From Jatrophihabitantaceae bacterium (lineage in GTDB: Bacteria; Actinomycetota; Actinomycetes; Mycobacteriales; Jatrophihabitantaceae): DNA of 21,878 nucleotides. Below the pieces are notes generated by a model that saw only the letters and a list, made by a program, of their open reading frames with translations, made no database searches and was not told the DNA's origin. A program made the translations under genes and the position numbers. This document shows positions 1 to 9,002 of this stretch, piece by piece (the stretch's first letter is position 1; every line of letters begins with the position of its first letter). The DNA is taken from positions 1 through 21,878 of the forward strand of contig JBPYES010000402.1 of the NCBI GenBank assembly GCA_051984825.1, read 5' to 3'.

Positions 1-2003
1 CTGCCGGTGGCCAGCTCTTGTTCCGCGCGCTCTGAGGAGAGCACCGGCCAGATGTGCCCGGTCCCCTGGTTCGACGGTGCCCACGGCTGGCCGTCCGGCG
101 AGCAGGTGTGACCCGACGCGACGACGCAGTCGCCGTAACCGTCGTCGTTGTAGCGCAGCCAACCCGGGCCGTTCGGCGTCTGCTTCTCGATCGTGGCGTC
201 CACGACGGAGAGCGAGTTCAGGACGTCCGGGTCGGTTGCCGGCAGCTCACCGAGGCGAACCAGCTCGAGGAACCCGGCGTCGATCACAGTGCGCTGGTCG
301 TGATTGAGCACGCTGCCGTTGCCGACGTTGTAGGAGATAGCCGCATTCGGATCGCCGGTCTTCGAGAGCCTGATGAAGTAAGGCATATTCGACAGTGGGC
401 CGTTCGTCGTGACCGCCCAGCCCTTGATCGAACGCTGGTAGAGGTCGGCGGTGGCGAACCAGATCCGGGCGTCGACCATGTCGCCGCGCTGTTGCGCCAT
501 CGTGGCCCCGGCGACCAGCCCGGCGATTTCGGCGGCGATCGTCGACGGTGAGTAGCCGCTCTGCTCCTCCCACCGCTCAGGACCGGCCGAGGGCCCGTGC
601 GCGATCAGGTAGTTCGCTGCGGCCTGCACATGCGGCCACAGCGTGTCGTCACCGGCAAGCCCGGATTGGAGCACCATCAGGATCGGGTAGGCCACCTCGT
701 CCAACTGGGTGTTGAACGAGTCCGGGGCGAGCTTCCCGTTCACCAGCGAGTTGCGCGGCAGCGACCCGTTAGGCAACTGCTGCTTCTCCAACAGGAAGCG
801 GGTCGCCGCCTGGGCCGTGGAGAGGTCACCGTCGGTCAGCAGTGCCGTCCACGCCTCATAAAGGTCGCGTGAGAACACCTCGCGGTACGAGCCGAAGTAC
901 GTGTTCGCCGGGTCGCCGGCCGAGACGGCCTGCCCCCAGGGCGATGCCATGGATGCGACGATCGCACCTGGGAACGTCTTGTCCTCAGAGGCCTTCACCA
1001 CGTTCGCCGACGTGTAGTACTCGCGCACCGCGGCCTGCTGCTGCGCGTGCGTGAGTCCGGGCAGGTTGCCGGACGGCTCGCGCAGCCCGTCGTCGTAGTT
1101 CTTCCAGCCCGCGGCGTACTGACCGCGCAGCGAGCCGAACGGGGTGTTGAGCGTGGCGCCCGCGGTCGCGACGGCACTCGCCTGCGTCGTGCCGAAGCCG
1201 AGCGCCAACGTGAAGTTTCCGTGCTTGTCGGGAGTAACGCCCGCGGTCTGCTCGACGTTGCCGTTCATCGCAGTGGCGTTCGGCGTCAGCGCGTGGGCGG
1301 AGTCGAGCTGGGTCAGTCCGTCGCTCGGCGTTCCGACGAAGCCGCTCGCGGCAACGGGGAACGGCTGGTCGGCGCGCAGCGCGAGGTACGACGGCACCGC
1401 ATAGTCGCGATTTGCCGCGTTCGTGGCGGTGACTGTGTCGTAAGAGACCATGGCGCCGGACGGGTCGATGACCGCGTTATCGGCGCCGCCATTGCCCGAC
1501 CCGCCGCCGCCGTTCCCACCGACCGTCGCGTCCATGCGCACGTACAGGTGGTAGCCCGCGGCCGCCGCGGTCAGCGGCGTGTACTGCGTGCTCATCACAA
1601 CGCTGGACCGCGACGGGTCCGTCAGGTATGTGGTGGCGAGCCGATATGCGCCGGATTTCGCCGTGGACGTGACGGTGCAGATCATCCCGGTGGAATCGGC
1701 ACTCACCGTGTACGTCGTGTCACGCGACTGGAGATCGGTGAACGTCGAGCCGTCGGTGACGAGGTACTGCAGCGTCTCGATGTTCGTCGTATCGATCGTC
1801 GGCGCATACACGTCCGAGAGCACGCCGCCCGCCACTGTGTACCAGATCTTCGACGTGGTATTGCGTGCGGTGCCGAGGCAATCCTTGCGTGCCATGTCGA
1901 AATGGCTCAGCGCGCCGGGGCCTGCGGGTGTATCCGCGTGCGTCGCCGGCGAGAATACGACCAGTGATCCGGCCACCACTATGGCGGCGACGAGTGCTCG
2001 CAT
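1..2003 (-). CDS. Secreted glycoside hydrolase family 15 glucoamylase/glucodextranase. The gene is partial: its C-terminus lies beyond the window start.
   Basis: The minus-strand frame reads sensibly from ATG 2003..2001 to the window edge (MRALVAAIVVAGSLVVFSPATHA...). It has an N-terminal signal peptide and an AAGGAG Shine-Dalgarno (SD) 6 nt upstream. A GH15-type catalytic region is present (...ANTYFGSYREVFSRDLYEAW..., ...ERWEEQSGYSPSTIAAEIAGL..., ...GHIWPVLSSERAEQELATG). No stop codon occurs before position 1. Confidence 0.8.
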   Translation of the reverse strand, partial: MRALVAAIVVAGSLVVFSPATHADTPAGPGALSHFDMARKDCLGTARNTTSKIWYTVAGGVLSDVYAPTIDTTNIETLQYLVTDGSTFTDLQSRDTTYTVSADSTGMICTVTSTAKSGAYRLATTYLTDPSRSSVVMSTQYTPLTAAAAGYHLYVRMDATVGGNGGGGSGNGGADNAVIDPSGAMVSYDTVTATNAANRDYAVPSYLALRADQPFPVAASGFVGTPSDGLTQLDSAHALTPNATAMNGNVEQTAGVTPDKHGNFTLALGFGTTQASAVATAGATLNTPFGSLRGQYAAGWKNYDDGLREPSGNLPGLTHAQQQAAVREYYTSANVVKASEDKTFPGAIVASMASPWGQAVSAGDPANTYFGSYREVFSRDLYEAWTALLTDGDLSTAQAATRFLLEKQQLPNGSLPRNSLVNGKLAPDSFNTQLDEVAYPILMVLQSGLAGDDTLWPHVQAAANYLIAHGPSAGPERWEEQSGYSPSTIAAEIAGLVAGATMAQQRGDMVDARIWFATADLYQRSIKGWAVTTNGPLSNMPYFIRLSKTGDPNAAISYNVGNGSVLNHDQRTVIDAGFLELVRLGELPATDPDVLNSLSVVDATIEKQTPNGPGWLRYNDDGYGDCVVASGHTCSPDGQPWAPSNQGTGHIWPVLSSERAEQELATG

Positions 2004-2052
2004 GTCGCTCCTTCGTTCGCGTCCTGCGCGATCGAACCATGCGAGCGGGTGG

Positions 2053-2826
2053 TTAGCCAGAGCCAATCTGGCTAGGTGGTGGCGCTGTTATGTGAACGTC
2101 TTCATTGAAATGGTTCAGCCGCAACTCGAGTGCCGCAGTCGCCTGTTCTGTCTTGACCGTGTCGGTGACTTTGCGTACCAGGCCCTGTCCGTCGACCCAG
2201 ATGTTCAGCGGGATCATGTCGACGCCGCTGTCGGCGGCCTGCTGCATCTGCTGACCCTGTGAACCCGGCAGCTTCTGCGCGGCGCGACGCGTGTCGACCG
2301 ACAGGCTGTAATGCATGCACGACACACCGTCAACGGTTTCCTGGCCCACCATCTTGAGATTCTCCGCAGCCGAGACCATCAGTACGAACTGGCCTACGCC
2401 CGACTGGGTCAGCGTCCCGGGGATGTCCTTGGCGAGTTCCGCGACGACAGGGTCAGGGCTGTCGGGGGTGGCGACGACCCAAGGCTTGCCGTGCTGACCA
2501 CGTTCGACGTAGAGCTTGCCGCCGACGATGATCATGTGCAGCTTGGTGGTGTTGCCTTGCAGCGTGGTGGTGTAGCGAGCTTCGAGCGAGACGACGTTGC
2601 CGCCGTTGAGCTGCCCGGCGAACGTGCCGGTTTCGTCGATAGGCCCGGCGGTCAGATGCAGGCTGCCCTGTTCGGACGTCAGTTGCGCATTGGCGTGCGC
2701 CAGCGCCGCCCCGAGCCCTGCCACGGTGGTGTACACGGGTCCGACGCCTTTGCCCTTCGTCGCGGTCGAGCAGCCGGCGACAACGAGCACGGCGCCGGCA
2801 AGCGCCGCGACGCGCGTGCAGTTCAT
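2053..2826 (-). CDS. Putative lipoprotein of unknown function, possibly with an LppX/LprG-like fold
   Basis: This is a 257-aa ORF. Its N-terminus MNCTRVAALAGAVLVVAGCSTA has a signal peptide and an L-V-V-A-G-C lipobox. A 7-bp hairpin (2054..2074) overlaps its stop codon. Confidence 0.65.
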   Translation of the reverse strand: MNCTRVAALAGAVLVVAGCSTATKGKGVGPVYTTVAGLGAALAHANAQLTSEQGSLHLTAGPIDETGTFAGQLNGGNVVSLEARYTTTLQGNTTKLHMIIVGGKLYVERGQHGKPWVVATPDSPDPVVAELAKDIPGTLTQSGVGQFVLMVSAAENLKMVGQETVDGVSCMHYSLSVDTRRAAQKLPGSQGQQMQQAADSGVDMIPLNIWVDGQGLVRKVTDTVKTEQATAALELRLNHFNEDVHITAPPPSQIGSG

Positions 2827-2984
2827 GACGTCCGACCCTAGCGTCCGCTGCCGGGTGGAGTGCGACGGTGTGCCTGCCCCGCTGAGCCGGACATCTTTCT
2901 CCGCCGGGCATGTATCACCCGGCCGGGTAGGGCGTTCCGTCCTGGTGTGGTGGGCGTGCTGGGGGGCCGCCCGTCACCCTGCTG

Positions 2985-3053
2985 GGATCGGTCGCGAGCA
3001 CGGAGGGTGCGGCGGTACTCGGGACACGTACACCGCGCACTCGCGACCGATCC
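2985..3053. repeat. Perfect 14-bp inverted repeat (GGATCGGTCGCGAG / CTCGCGACCGATCC) around a 41-nt centre that itself contains an imperfect inner hairpin
   Basis: Read directly from the sequence. The left arm is 2985..2998 and the right arm 3040..3053, and they are exact reverse complements. The element lies in the 425-bp ORF-free gap between rplA and the lipoprotein gene. Confidence 0.7.
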
Positions 3054-3251
3054 GCAGCGCTGACCTAATCCGCCGGGCGTGTCGCTCCGGCACCGCCCCA
3101 AGGGGCGGATGCCTCCCGCCACACCGCGCCTCACGGCGCGGGCCGCGTCGCGGCGGCGGGCTCTTCGCGCAAGCGCTCATCGCTCACGTGGTTACGTCCC
3201 GAAGGTCGCCCTTCGCTGTTTGGCGCAAGCGCTCTTCGCGCTTCGCTCAGC

Positions 3252-3974
3252 TCAGGCCTGGGACGCTCCTGCGTCCTCTAGGAGGTTGCGGGTGCGGTTT
3301 GCGTCGACCGAGATGCCGGGGCCCATCGTCGTGGCGAACGTGACCTTCTTGAGGTACTTGCCCTTCGCCGAGGACGGCTTGGCGCGCAACACCTCGTCCA
3401 GGGCGGCGGCGTAGTTCTCGACGAGCTGCTCCGGCGTGAACGACGTCTTGCCCAGGATCAGGTGCAGATTGGACTGCTTGTCCACCCGGAAGGTGATCTT
3501 GCCGCCCTTGATGTCGCTGACCGCCTTCGCGACGTCCGGCGTCACCGTGCCGGTCCGCGGGTTCGGCATGAGCCCGCGCGGGCCGAGAATGCGGGCGATG
3601 CGCCCCACCTTCGACATCTGGTCGGGGGTCGCGATCGCGGCGTCGAAATCGAGGTACCCCTCCTGGATCGCGGCGATCAGGTCGTCGCTGCCGACCCGGT
3701 CGGCTCCAGCGGCCTCAGCCTCTGCTGCCTTGTCCCCGGTGGCGAAGACGATCACCCGGGCCGTCTTGCCGGTGCCGTGCGGCAGGTTGACCGTGCCGCG
3801 CACCATCTGGTCGGCCTTACGCGGGTCGACACCGAGCCGCAGCGCCACCTCGACGGTGGCGTCGAACTTGGTTGGTGAGGACTCCTTGGCCAGCCGGGCG
3901 GCCTCGAGCGGCGTGTACGTCTTGTCCCGGTCGACGAGCTCTGCGGCCTTGCGATAGGCCTTGCTGTGCTTCAT
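3252..3974 (-). CDS. rplA: 50S ribosomal protein L1
   Basis: 240 aa. The N-terminus [31 protein letters not shown]...[17 protein letters not shown] matches the L1 family. An AAGGAGA SD lies upstream. Confidence 0.95.
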   Translation of the reverse strand: MKHSKAYRKAAELVDRDKTYTPLEAARLAKESSPTKFDATVEVALRLGVDPRKADQMVRGTVNLPHGTGKTARVIVFATGDKAAEAEAAGADRVGSDDLIAAIQEGYLDFDAAIATPDQMSKVGRIARILGPRGLMPNPRTGTVTPDVAKAVSDIKGGKITFRVDKQSNLHLILGKTSFTPEQLVENYAAALDEVLRAKPSSAKGKYLKKVTFATTMGPGISVDANRTRNLLEDAGASQA

Positions 3975-4032
3975 TCCTGTCTCCTTTGTGGTAGTCGCGG
4001 ACGCTTGCGCGCCCTCCCACGGCCGGCGGCAC

Positions 4033-4464
4033 TCAGCCGCTGACGGTGATCCCCATCGAACGGGCCGTGCCGGCGATGATCTTCGCAGCCTGGTCGACGT
4101 CGTTGGCGTTGAGATCTTCCATCTTCGTCTGGGCGATCTCGCGCACCTGGTCCATGGTCACGGTGCCGACCTTGTTCGTGTGCGGCTCGCCGCTGCCCTT
4201 GTCGACGCCGGCGGCCTTCTTCAGCAGCTGTGCGGCCGGCGGCGTCTTGGTGACGAAGGTGAACGAACGGTCCTCGTAGACCGAGATCTCGACCGGGATG
4301 ATCTGCCCGCGCTGCGACTCGGTGGCCGCGTTGTACTGCCGGCAGAACTCCATGATGTTCACGCCGTGCTGGCCGAGTGCCGGACCCACGGGCGGCGCCG
4401 GGTTGGCGGCGCCGGCCTGGATCTGCAGCTTGATGATCGCGGCGAGCTTCTTCTTGGGAGGCAT
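4033..4464 (-). CDS. rplK: 50S ribosomal protein L11
   Basis: The protein begins [41 protein letters not shown]..., the canonical L11 N-terminus. The ATG is at 4464..4462. The ORF track extends this frame upstream to 4818, but that extension is Arg-rich junk overlapping nusG. Confidence 0.95.
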   Translation of the reverse strand: MPPKKKLAAIIKLQIQAGAANPAPPVGPALGQHGVNIMEFCRQYNAATESQRGQIIPVEISVYEDRSFTFVTKTPPAAQLLKKAAGVDKGSGEPHTNKVGTVTMDQVREIAQTKMEDLNANDVDQAAKIIAGTARSMGITVSG

Positions 4465-4475
4465 TGGCTTCTTTC

Positions 4476-5318
4476 TCAGATCTTGGCGACTTGGCTGAAC
4501 GACAGCTCGACAGGCGTCTCGCGTCCGAAGATGGAGACGAGCACCTGCAGTTTCTGGTGCACCGGGTCGATGTCGCTGATCGTCGCCGGCAGGGTGGCGA
4601 ACGGGCCGTCCATGACCGTGACGGACTCGCCGACGCTGAAGTCGACGACCTGGACCTCTGGCTTTGCGGTGGTGGTCGTGGTGCCCCGCGCGACCGCCGC
4701 GGCCTTCTGGGTGGCCGGTGCAAGAATCTTGGCGACCTCGTCGAGCGACAGCGGCGACGGGCGGGACGTGGCTCCGACGAACCCGGTCACACCCGGCGTG
4801 TTGCGCACCGCGCCCCACGACTCGTCGTTGAGGTCCATCCGAACCAGGATGTAGCCCGGGAACACCTTGCGCTGCACCTGCTGGCGCTTGCCGTTCTTGA
4901 TCTCGACGACCTCTTCGGTCGGCACCTCGACCTGGAATATGTACTCCTCCATGTCCAGGCTCTGAATGCGGCTTTCGAGGTTGGCCTTCACCTTGTTCTC
5001 GTAGCCGGCGTAGGAGTGCACCACGTACCAGTCGCCGATCTGATTGCGCAGTTCGCGGCGCAATGTCTCGATCGGGTCCTCTTCCTCGGCGTCTTCGGCC
5101 GCGGGTTCGGCAACGGCCGTATCGGCCGGAGCCTCGGGCTCGGCCGCCTCGGCCTCGACCGGCGCGGCGGACTCCACAGCGGCCGCGTCGTCGCCCGCCT
5201 CGTCGCGCACCTCTGCCTCGGCGTCGTTCTCATTCGCGCCGAGCAGTCGCGCAGCGGCGGCGAGGTCGGCTTGCTCTCTCGACCGCGCGTCGCCAGGCGC
5301 GCTCTCGTAGTCGGACAC
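4476..5318 (-). CDS. nusG: Transcription termination/antitermination factor NusG, with the acidic N-terminal extension typical of actinobacteria
   Basis: 280 aa. The C-terminal two thirds carry the NGN and KOW regions (...[19 protein letters not shown]...FPGYILVRM...[23 protein letters not shown]...). An AGGAAG SD lies upstream. Confidence 0.95.
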   Translation of the reverse strand: MSDYESAPGDARSREQADLAAAARLLGANENDAEAEVRDEAGDDAAAVESAAPVEAEAAEPEAPADTAVAEPAAEDAEEEDPIETLRRELRNQIGDWYVVHSYAGYENKVKANLESRIQSLDMEEYIFQVEVPTEEVVEIKNGKRQQVQRKVFPGYILVRMDLNDESWGAVRNTPGVTGFVGATSRPSPLSLDEVAKILAPATQKAAAVARGTTTTTAKPEVQVVDFSVGESVTVMDGPFATLPATISDIDPVHQKLQVLVSIFGRETPVELSFSQVAKI

Positions 5319-5371
5319 AGCTTTACTTCCTCACGTGCTTTGTGTGCTTGGTCGGGGCGGGACGTGCTCGG

Positions 5372-5608
5372 TCAGCCGAAGATCTTCAGGACCAGCTTGG
5401 CAAGCCCGAGGTCCAGGAAGCCCACTATCGACACCATGATCACCACGAAGACGATCACAACCGCCGTGTACGTCACCAGTTCGTGGCGCGAAGGCCAGAG
5501 GACCTTGCGCATCTCCGAGATGATTTCGCGGATGTAGCGCCCCGGGCGGCCGCCGGGTCCCCCGCTCGACGGACGGGGTGCTGCGGACTCGGTGCGCGTC
5601 GCAGTCAC
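5372..5608 (-). CDS. secE: Preprotein translocase subunit SecE
   Basis: The C-terminus ...RYIREIISEMRKVLWPSRHELVTYTAVVIVFVVIMVSIVGFLDLGLAKLVLKIFG shows the single TM helix and conserved motif. I chose the GTG at 5608 because AGGAGAG lies 5 nt upstream of it. The track ORF begins 33 nt earlier, at GTG 5641, which is an alternative start. Confidence 0.85.
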   Translation of the reverse strand: MTATRTESAAPRPSSGGPGGRPGRYIREIISEMRKVLWPSRHELVTYTAVVIVFVVIMVSIVGFLDLGLAKLVLKIFG

Positions 5609-5683
5609 GATCTCTCCTCTCGGTGGCGTGCCGGGTGGCACGCCATGTTGCTCGGGCGCCGCTTCTCATACATCAGCGCTCCG

Positions 5684-5756
5684 CAGGGGCGACAGGACTC
5701 GAACCTGCAACCGCCGGTTTTGGAGACCGGTGCTCTACCAATTGAGCCACGCCCCT
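5684..5756 (-). tRNA. trpT: tRNA-Trp (anticodon CCA)
   Basis: The minus-strand sequence is AGGGGCGTGGCTCAATTGGTAGAGCACCGGTCTCCAAAACCGG...GGTTCGAGTCCTGTCGCCCCTG. It folds as a cloverleaf with anticodon loop CTCCAAA. It sits directly upstream of secE, as in other actinobacteria. Confidence 0.9.
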
Positions 5757-5889
5757 AGGCCGTGATGGAACCAGCCCAGGCCGGGACGACATCGGTGCAT
5801 GCTGACGCAAGGCCCAGCCGACCCCGGATGCGAGTGTACGGCCCGGTGGCCACCGCCTCCAAGCCGGCGCCAACCCGCCCGCATCGGGG

Positions 5890-7233
5890 TCAGGACGACG
5901 CGATGCTCCGCGCCGGGGGGTCGGCCCGGCCGGCTCCGTCGTCGTTCGGCGGGAGCGGCACGCTGAGCGAGCGGCGAGCGGTGTCCAGAATGGAGGCGCC
6001 CTGGGTGATCAGCCCGGCGAGCACCTCGTTCACGCCGGACGCGCCGTTCAGCACGGTGACGTTGGCTCCGGTCAGCCCGCGCGAGGCCGCCTCGACGATG
6101 ACCGGCAGCACCTCGACGAGGTGGTTCGCCGCGATGAGTTCCTGGTTGCCCTCGCGGAGCGACTCAGCACGCTTGGCGTTCGCCTCGGCGTTGGCCTCGG
6201 CGGTGGTCCGCTCGGCGAAGGCGGAGGCTTCCGCCTGCGCGCGCACGGCCTGGGCCTCCCCCTCGGCGGTCGCCTGCCGGGTGTACGCCTGGGCGTCGGC
6301 CTGAATCCGGGCGGCCTTGGCCTCCGCGTCGGCAACGACGGTGCGGCGGTATGCCTCGGCCTCCGTTTGGAACCGCGCCTGGTCGCGGCCGGCCTCGGCG
6401 AGGGTCCGCTGCCGATACGCCTCGGCGTCGGCGGGCCGCCGCACCTCGGCCTCCAGGCGCTGCGCGGCAAGCTCGGCCTGCCGCTGCGCCAATGTCGTCT
6501 GCTGGGTGATCACTTCCTGGGCGGAGCTGGCCTCGGCGAGTGGGCCGGCCTGAGCCGCGCGAGCCCGGGCCTCCTCCACCTCTGCCTGGAAACCGGCATG
6601 CTTGATCGCGGTGTCCCGCTCGTACTGCGCCTTCAGCGCCGCCGCCTGCTGTTCGCGCTCGAACGCCTCCTGATCGGACTTGGCGGCGGCGATACGCGCC
6701 TGGCTCGCGACCGCCGCTGCGTACGGCGCCGCGATGTTGTCGATGTAGCCGCTCGCGTCGGCAATCTCTTGGATTTGCATCGCGTCGAGGATGAGGCCGA
6801 GCTTCTCCATCTCGGTATGACTGCCCTCGGTGACCTCCTGGGCCAGCCGGTCACGTTCGCGGATGATCTCCTCGACGGTCAGCGCGCCGACTATCGAGCG
6901 CAGGTGCCCGGCGAGCACCCGCCCGACCAGTTCTTCCATCTGGTCCTGCTCGGTGAGGAACCGGCGCGCTGCATTCGCGATCGAGGCCGTGTCGTCGCCG
7001 ACCTTGAACGCCGCCACGGCCTGCACGTTCAGCCTGATGCCCTGGACGGTCACGCAATCCTCGATGATCTCCGACACCCGTAGCGCCAGCGAGAGTCTGC
7101 TGGCCTTACGGAACACCGGCAGCACGAAGCTGCCCCGGCCGGTGACGATGCGGAACGGCGCCTCGGTGCTACGCCGCTTCGACCCCGTAATCAGCAGCGC
7201 CTCGTTCGGCGCGGGAACATGCCAGAACAGCAT
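5890..7233 (-). CDS. Flotillin-like SPFH/band-7 protein with a long Ala/Glu/Gln-rich coiled-coil tail. It appears to lack an N-terminal membrane anchor.
   Basis: 447 aa. The start MLFWHVPAPNEALLITG...RGSFVLPVFRKASRLSL is followed by EA-repeat coiled coil, as in the flotillin/FloT family. An AGGAAG SD lies 8 nt upstream of the ATG. An in-frame stop follows 27 codons upstream, so an N-terminal TM hairpin cannot be encoded. Confidence 0.85.
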   Translation of the reverse strand: MLFWHVPAPNEALLITGSKRRSTEAPFRIVTGRGSFVLPVFRKASRLSLALRVSEIIEDCVTVQGIRLNVQAVAAFKVGDDTASIANAARRFLTEQDQMEELVGRVLAGHLRSIVGALTVEEIIRERDRLAQEVTEGSHTEMEKLGLILDAMQIQEIADASGYIDNIAAPYAAAVASQARIAAAKSDQEAFEREQQAAALKAQYERDTAIKHAGFQAEVEEARARAAQAGPLAEASSAQEVITQQTTLAQRQAELAAQRLEAEVRRPADAEAYRQRTLAEAGRDQARFQTEAEAYRRTVVADAEAKAARIQADAQAYTRQATAEGEAQAVRAQAEASAFAERTTAEANAEANAKRAESLREGNQELIAANHLVEVLPVIVEAASRGLTGANVTVLNGASGVNEVLAGLITQGASILDTARRSLSVPLPPNDDGAGRADPPARSIASS

Positions 7234-7261
7234 GATCCACTTCCTCTCTCGCCATGACCGG

Positions 7262-7468
7262 CTACGGATACCGGGTGACGACGACCGAGCGCCCGGACAG
7301 CGCCTCGATGACCATCACGCGGGCGGACTTGGGAATCGGCTGGTCGGCCCACGCCGCGAATGCCTCGGTCCCACCTCGTACCGGGAGCATGACCTCACCC
7401 GGTCCCCCCTCCGGGATCGGAACGGTGACGCGTCCGATGGCACCGATCAGCTCGGCCCCGTCCTGCAT
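7262..7468 (-). CDS. Small NfeD-like protein consisting only of an OB-fold domain (68 aa)
   Basis: This is the C-terminal tail of the long minus ORF that runs antisense to aspC. Only the stretch MQDGAELIGAIGRVTVPIPEGGPGEVMLPVRGGTEAFAAWADQPIPKSARVMVIEALSGRSVVVTRYP looks like protein. It resembles the NfeD C-terminal beta-barrel that normally pairs with SPFH/flotillin genes, and it sits 28 nt upstream of the flotillin start. There is no room for the usual membrane segment because aspC starts 51 nt away. Confidence 0.5.
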   Translation of the reverse strand: MQDGAELIGAIGRVTVPIPEGGPGEVMLPVRGGTEAFAAWADQPIPKSARVMVIEALSGRSVVVTRYP

Positions 7469-7519
7469 AGCCGCACACGCTAGCCGTAGCCGGTTGATGC
7501 CGTCTGGGAGGATAGGCCG

Positions 7520-8722
7520 ATGGGAACCCGGATATCTGACCGCGTCGCCGCCATCGCCGCATCCGCCACGCTGGCCGTCGATGCCAAGGCGAAAGCGCTC
7601 CGGGCGTCCGGACGTCCGGTCATCGGCTTCGGCGCAGGTGAGCCGGACTTTCCCACTCCCGATTACATCGTCGAGGCTGCGGTCGCGGCAGCGCGCAACC
7701 CGAAGTACCACCACTACACGCCCGTGCCCGGACTCCCCGAGCTGCGCGAAGCCATCGCCGTGAAGACCAAGCGCGACAGCGGATTCGAGACGGCGGCCGC
7801 CAACGTCCTCGTTACCAACGGCGGCAAGCATGCCGTCTACAACGCATTCGCTACGCTGCTCGACCCAGGCGACGAGGTGTTGCTGATCGCCCCGTACTGG
7901 ACCACGTATCCGGAGGTGATCAAGCTCGCCGACGGCGTGCCGGTCGAGGTCGTCACTGACGAGACGTCCGGTTACCTGGCCACCGTCGAACAACTCGAGG
8001 CGGCGCGCACCGAGCGGACGAAGGTGCTGGTGTTCGTCTCGCCGTCCAACCCGACCGGTGCCGTCTATCCCCGCGAGGACATCGTCGAGATCGGACGATG
8101 GGCGGCAGCACACGGCCTGTGGGTGGTGACCGACGAGATCTACGAGCACCTCGTCTACGGCGGCGCCGAGCACGTCTCGATCGCGACCGCCGTGCCCGAA
8201 CTGGGCGACCGTGTCGTCGTCCTCAACGGTGTCGCCAAGACCTATGCCATGACCGGCTGGCGGGTCGGCTGGCTGATCGGGCCCATCGACGTGGTCAAGG
8301 CGGCGACCAACCTCCAGTCGCACTCCACGTCGAACGTCTCGAACGTCTCACAGATGGCGGCGCTCGCGGCGGTCAGCGGCGACCTGTCCGCCGTCGCGAT
8401 GATGCGTGACGCGTTCGACCGCCGCCGCCGCACGATCGTGAGCATGCTGAGCGACGTCCCGGGCATTGTCTGCCCCGAGCCGCTCGGCGCGTTCTACGCG
8501 TATCCGTCCGTCAAGGGGCTGCTCGGCAAGCCGCTGCGCGGACGCGTCGCGAGCAACTCGTCCGAGCTAGCCGGCATCATCCTGGACGAAGCCGAGGTTG
8601 CCGTCGTGCCCGGCGAGGCGTTCGGCACGCCCGGATATGCGCGGCTCTCCTATGCCCTGGGCGACGCGGATCTCGCGGAGGGCGTCAGCCGCATCGCCAA
8701 GCTCGTCGCCGACTCCGGTTGA
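7520..8722 (+). CDS. aspC: Aspartate/aromatic aminotransferase (PLP-dependent, class I)
   Basis: 400 aa. Diagnostic stretches are ...[15 protein letters not shown]..., ...[10 protein letters not shown]..., and ...[16 protein letters not shown]... with the PLP lysine in AKTY. A GGGAGGA SD is present. The gene sits at the conserved position next to the secE-nusG cluster. Confidence 0.9.
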   Translation: MGTRISDRVAAIAASATLAVDAKAKALRASGRPVIGFGAGEPDFPTPDYIVEAAVAAARNPKYHHYTPVPGLPELREAIAVKTKRDSGFETAAANVLVTNGGKHAVYNAFATLLDPGDEVLLIAPYWTTYPEVIKLADGVPVEVVTDETSGYLATVEQLEAARTERTKVLVFVSPSNPTGAVYPREDIVEIGRWAAAHGLWVVTDEIYEHLVYGGAEHVSIATAVPELGDRVVVLNGVAKTYAMTGWRVGWLIGPIDVVKAATNLQSHSTSNVSNVSQMAALAAVSGDLSAVAMMRDAFDRRRRTIVSMLSDVPGIVCPEPLGAFYAYPSVKGLLGKPLRGRVASNSSELAGIILDEAEVAVVPGEAFGTPGYARLSYALGDADLAEGVSRIAKLVADSG

Positions 8723-8726
8723 CGTA

Positions 8727-9002
8727 TTACGCCACCAGGTCCTGGTACTCGGGGTGCCGGGAGATGAACCCGCGTACAAAGGGACACAGAGGGACGACGG
8801 CGAGCCCACGGCGGCGCACGTCGTCAAGAGCCCAGCGGACAAGCGCAGTGCCCACGCCCTTGCCCTCGGCTTCGGCCCGTACCTCGGTGTGCGTGAAGAT
8901 CACCCGGCCGGGCTCGGTGCGGTAGTAGGCGAATCCGACGGGCTGGTCGTCAAGGCGCGCCTCGTACTGGAATTCGTCGCTGTTGTCACGTACGTCGATC
9001 AT
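8727..9002 (-). CDS. Small GNAT-like (Acetyltransf_CG-type) N-acetyltransferase domain protein
   Basis: 91 aa, MIDVRDNSDEFQYEARLDDQPVGFAYYRTEPGRVIFTHTEV...GKGVGTALVRWALDDVRRRGLAVVPLCPFV. Its start ATG overlaps the stop of the upstream peptidase gene as ATGA. The ORF track begins 30 codons earlier at 9092, but that stretch is Arg-rich and overlaps the peptidase gene. Confidence 0.6.
   Translation of the reverse strand: MIDVRDNSDEFQYEARLDDQPVGFAYYRTEPGRVIFTHTEVRAEAEGKGVGTALVRWALDDVRRRGLAVVPLCPFVRGFISRHPEYQDLVA

Noticed and set aside
4465-4818. An upstream extension of rplK to an ATG at 4818
   Set aside because: The L11 N-terminus MPPKKK is universally conserved and sits at 4464. The extension is His/Arg/Gly-rich and would overlap nusG.
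4464-5537. A 357-aa plus-strand ORF
   Set aside because: It is antisense to nusG and the start of rplK, and has no domain signal.
5673-5873. A 66-aa minus ORF
   Set aside because: It is a translation of the tRNA-Trp gene and its flank (the GVAQLVEHRSPK pattern), so it is not protein coding.
6121-7083. A 320-aa plus-strand ORF and other plus ORFs at 5762..7483
   Set aside because: They are antisense to the flotillin gene, with repetitive G/L/R composition that mirrors the flotillin Ala/Glu coiled coil.
7262-8323. A 353-aa minus-strand ORF
   Set aside because: It runs antisense across the whole aspartate aminotransferase gene. It is Arg/Gly/Asp-rich with no recognisable domain, and aspC has clear motifs and an SD. 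Only its last 68 codons (7262..7468) look like protein, and I kept those as the NfeD-like call.
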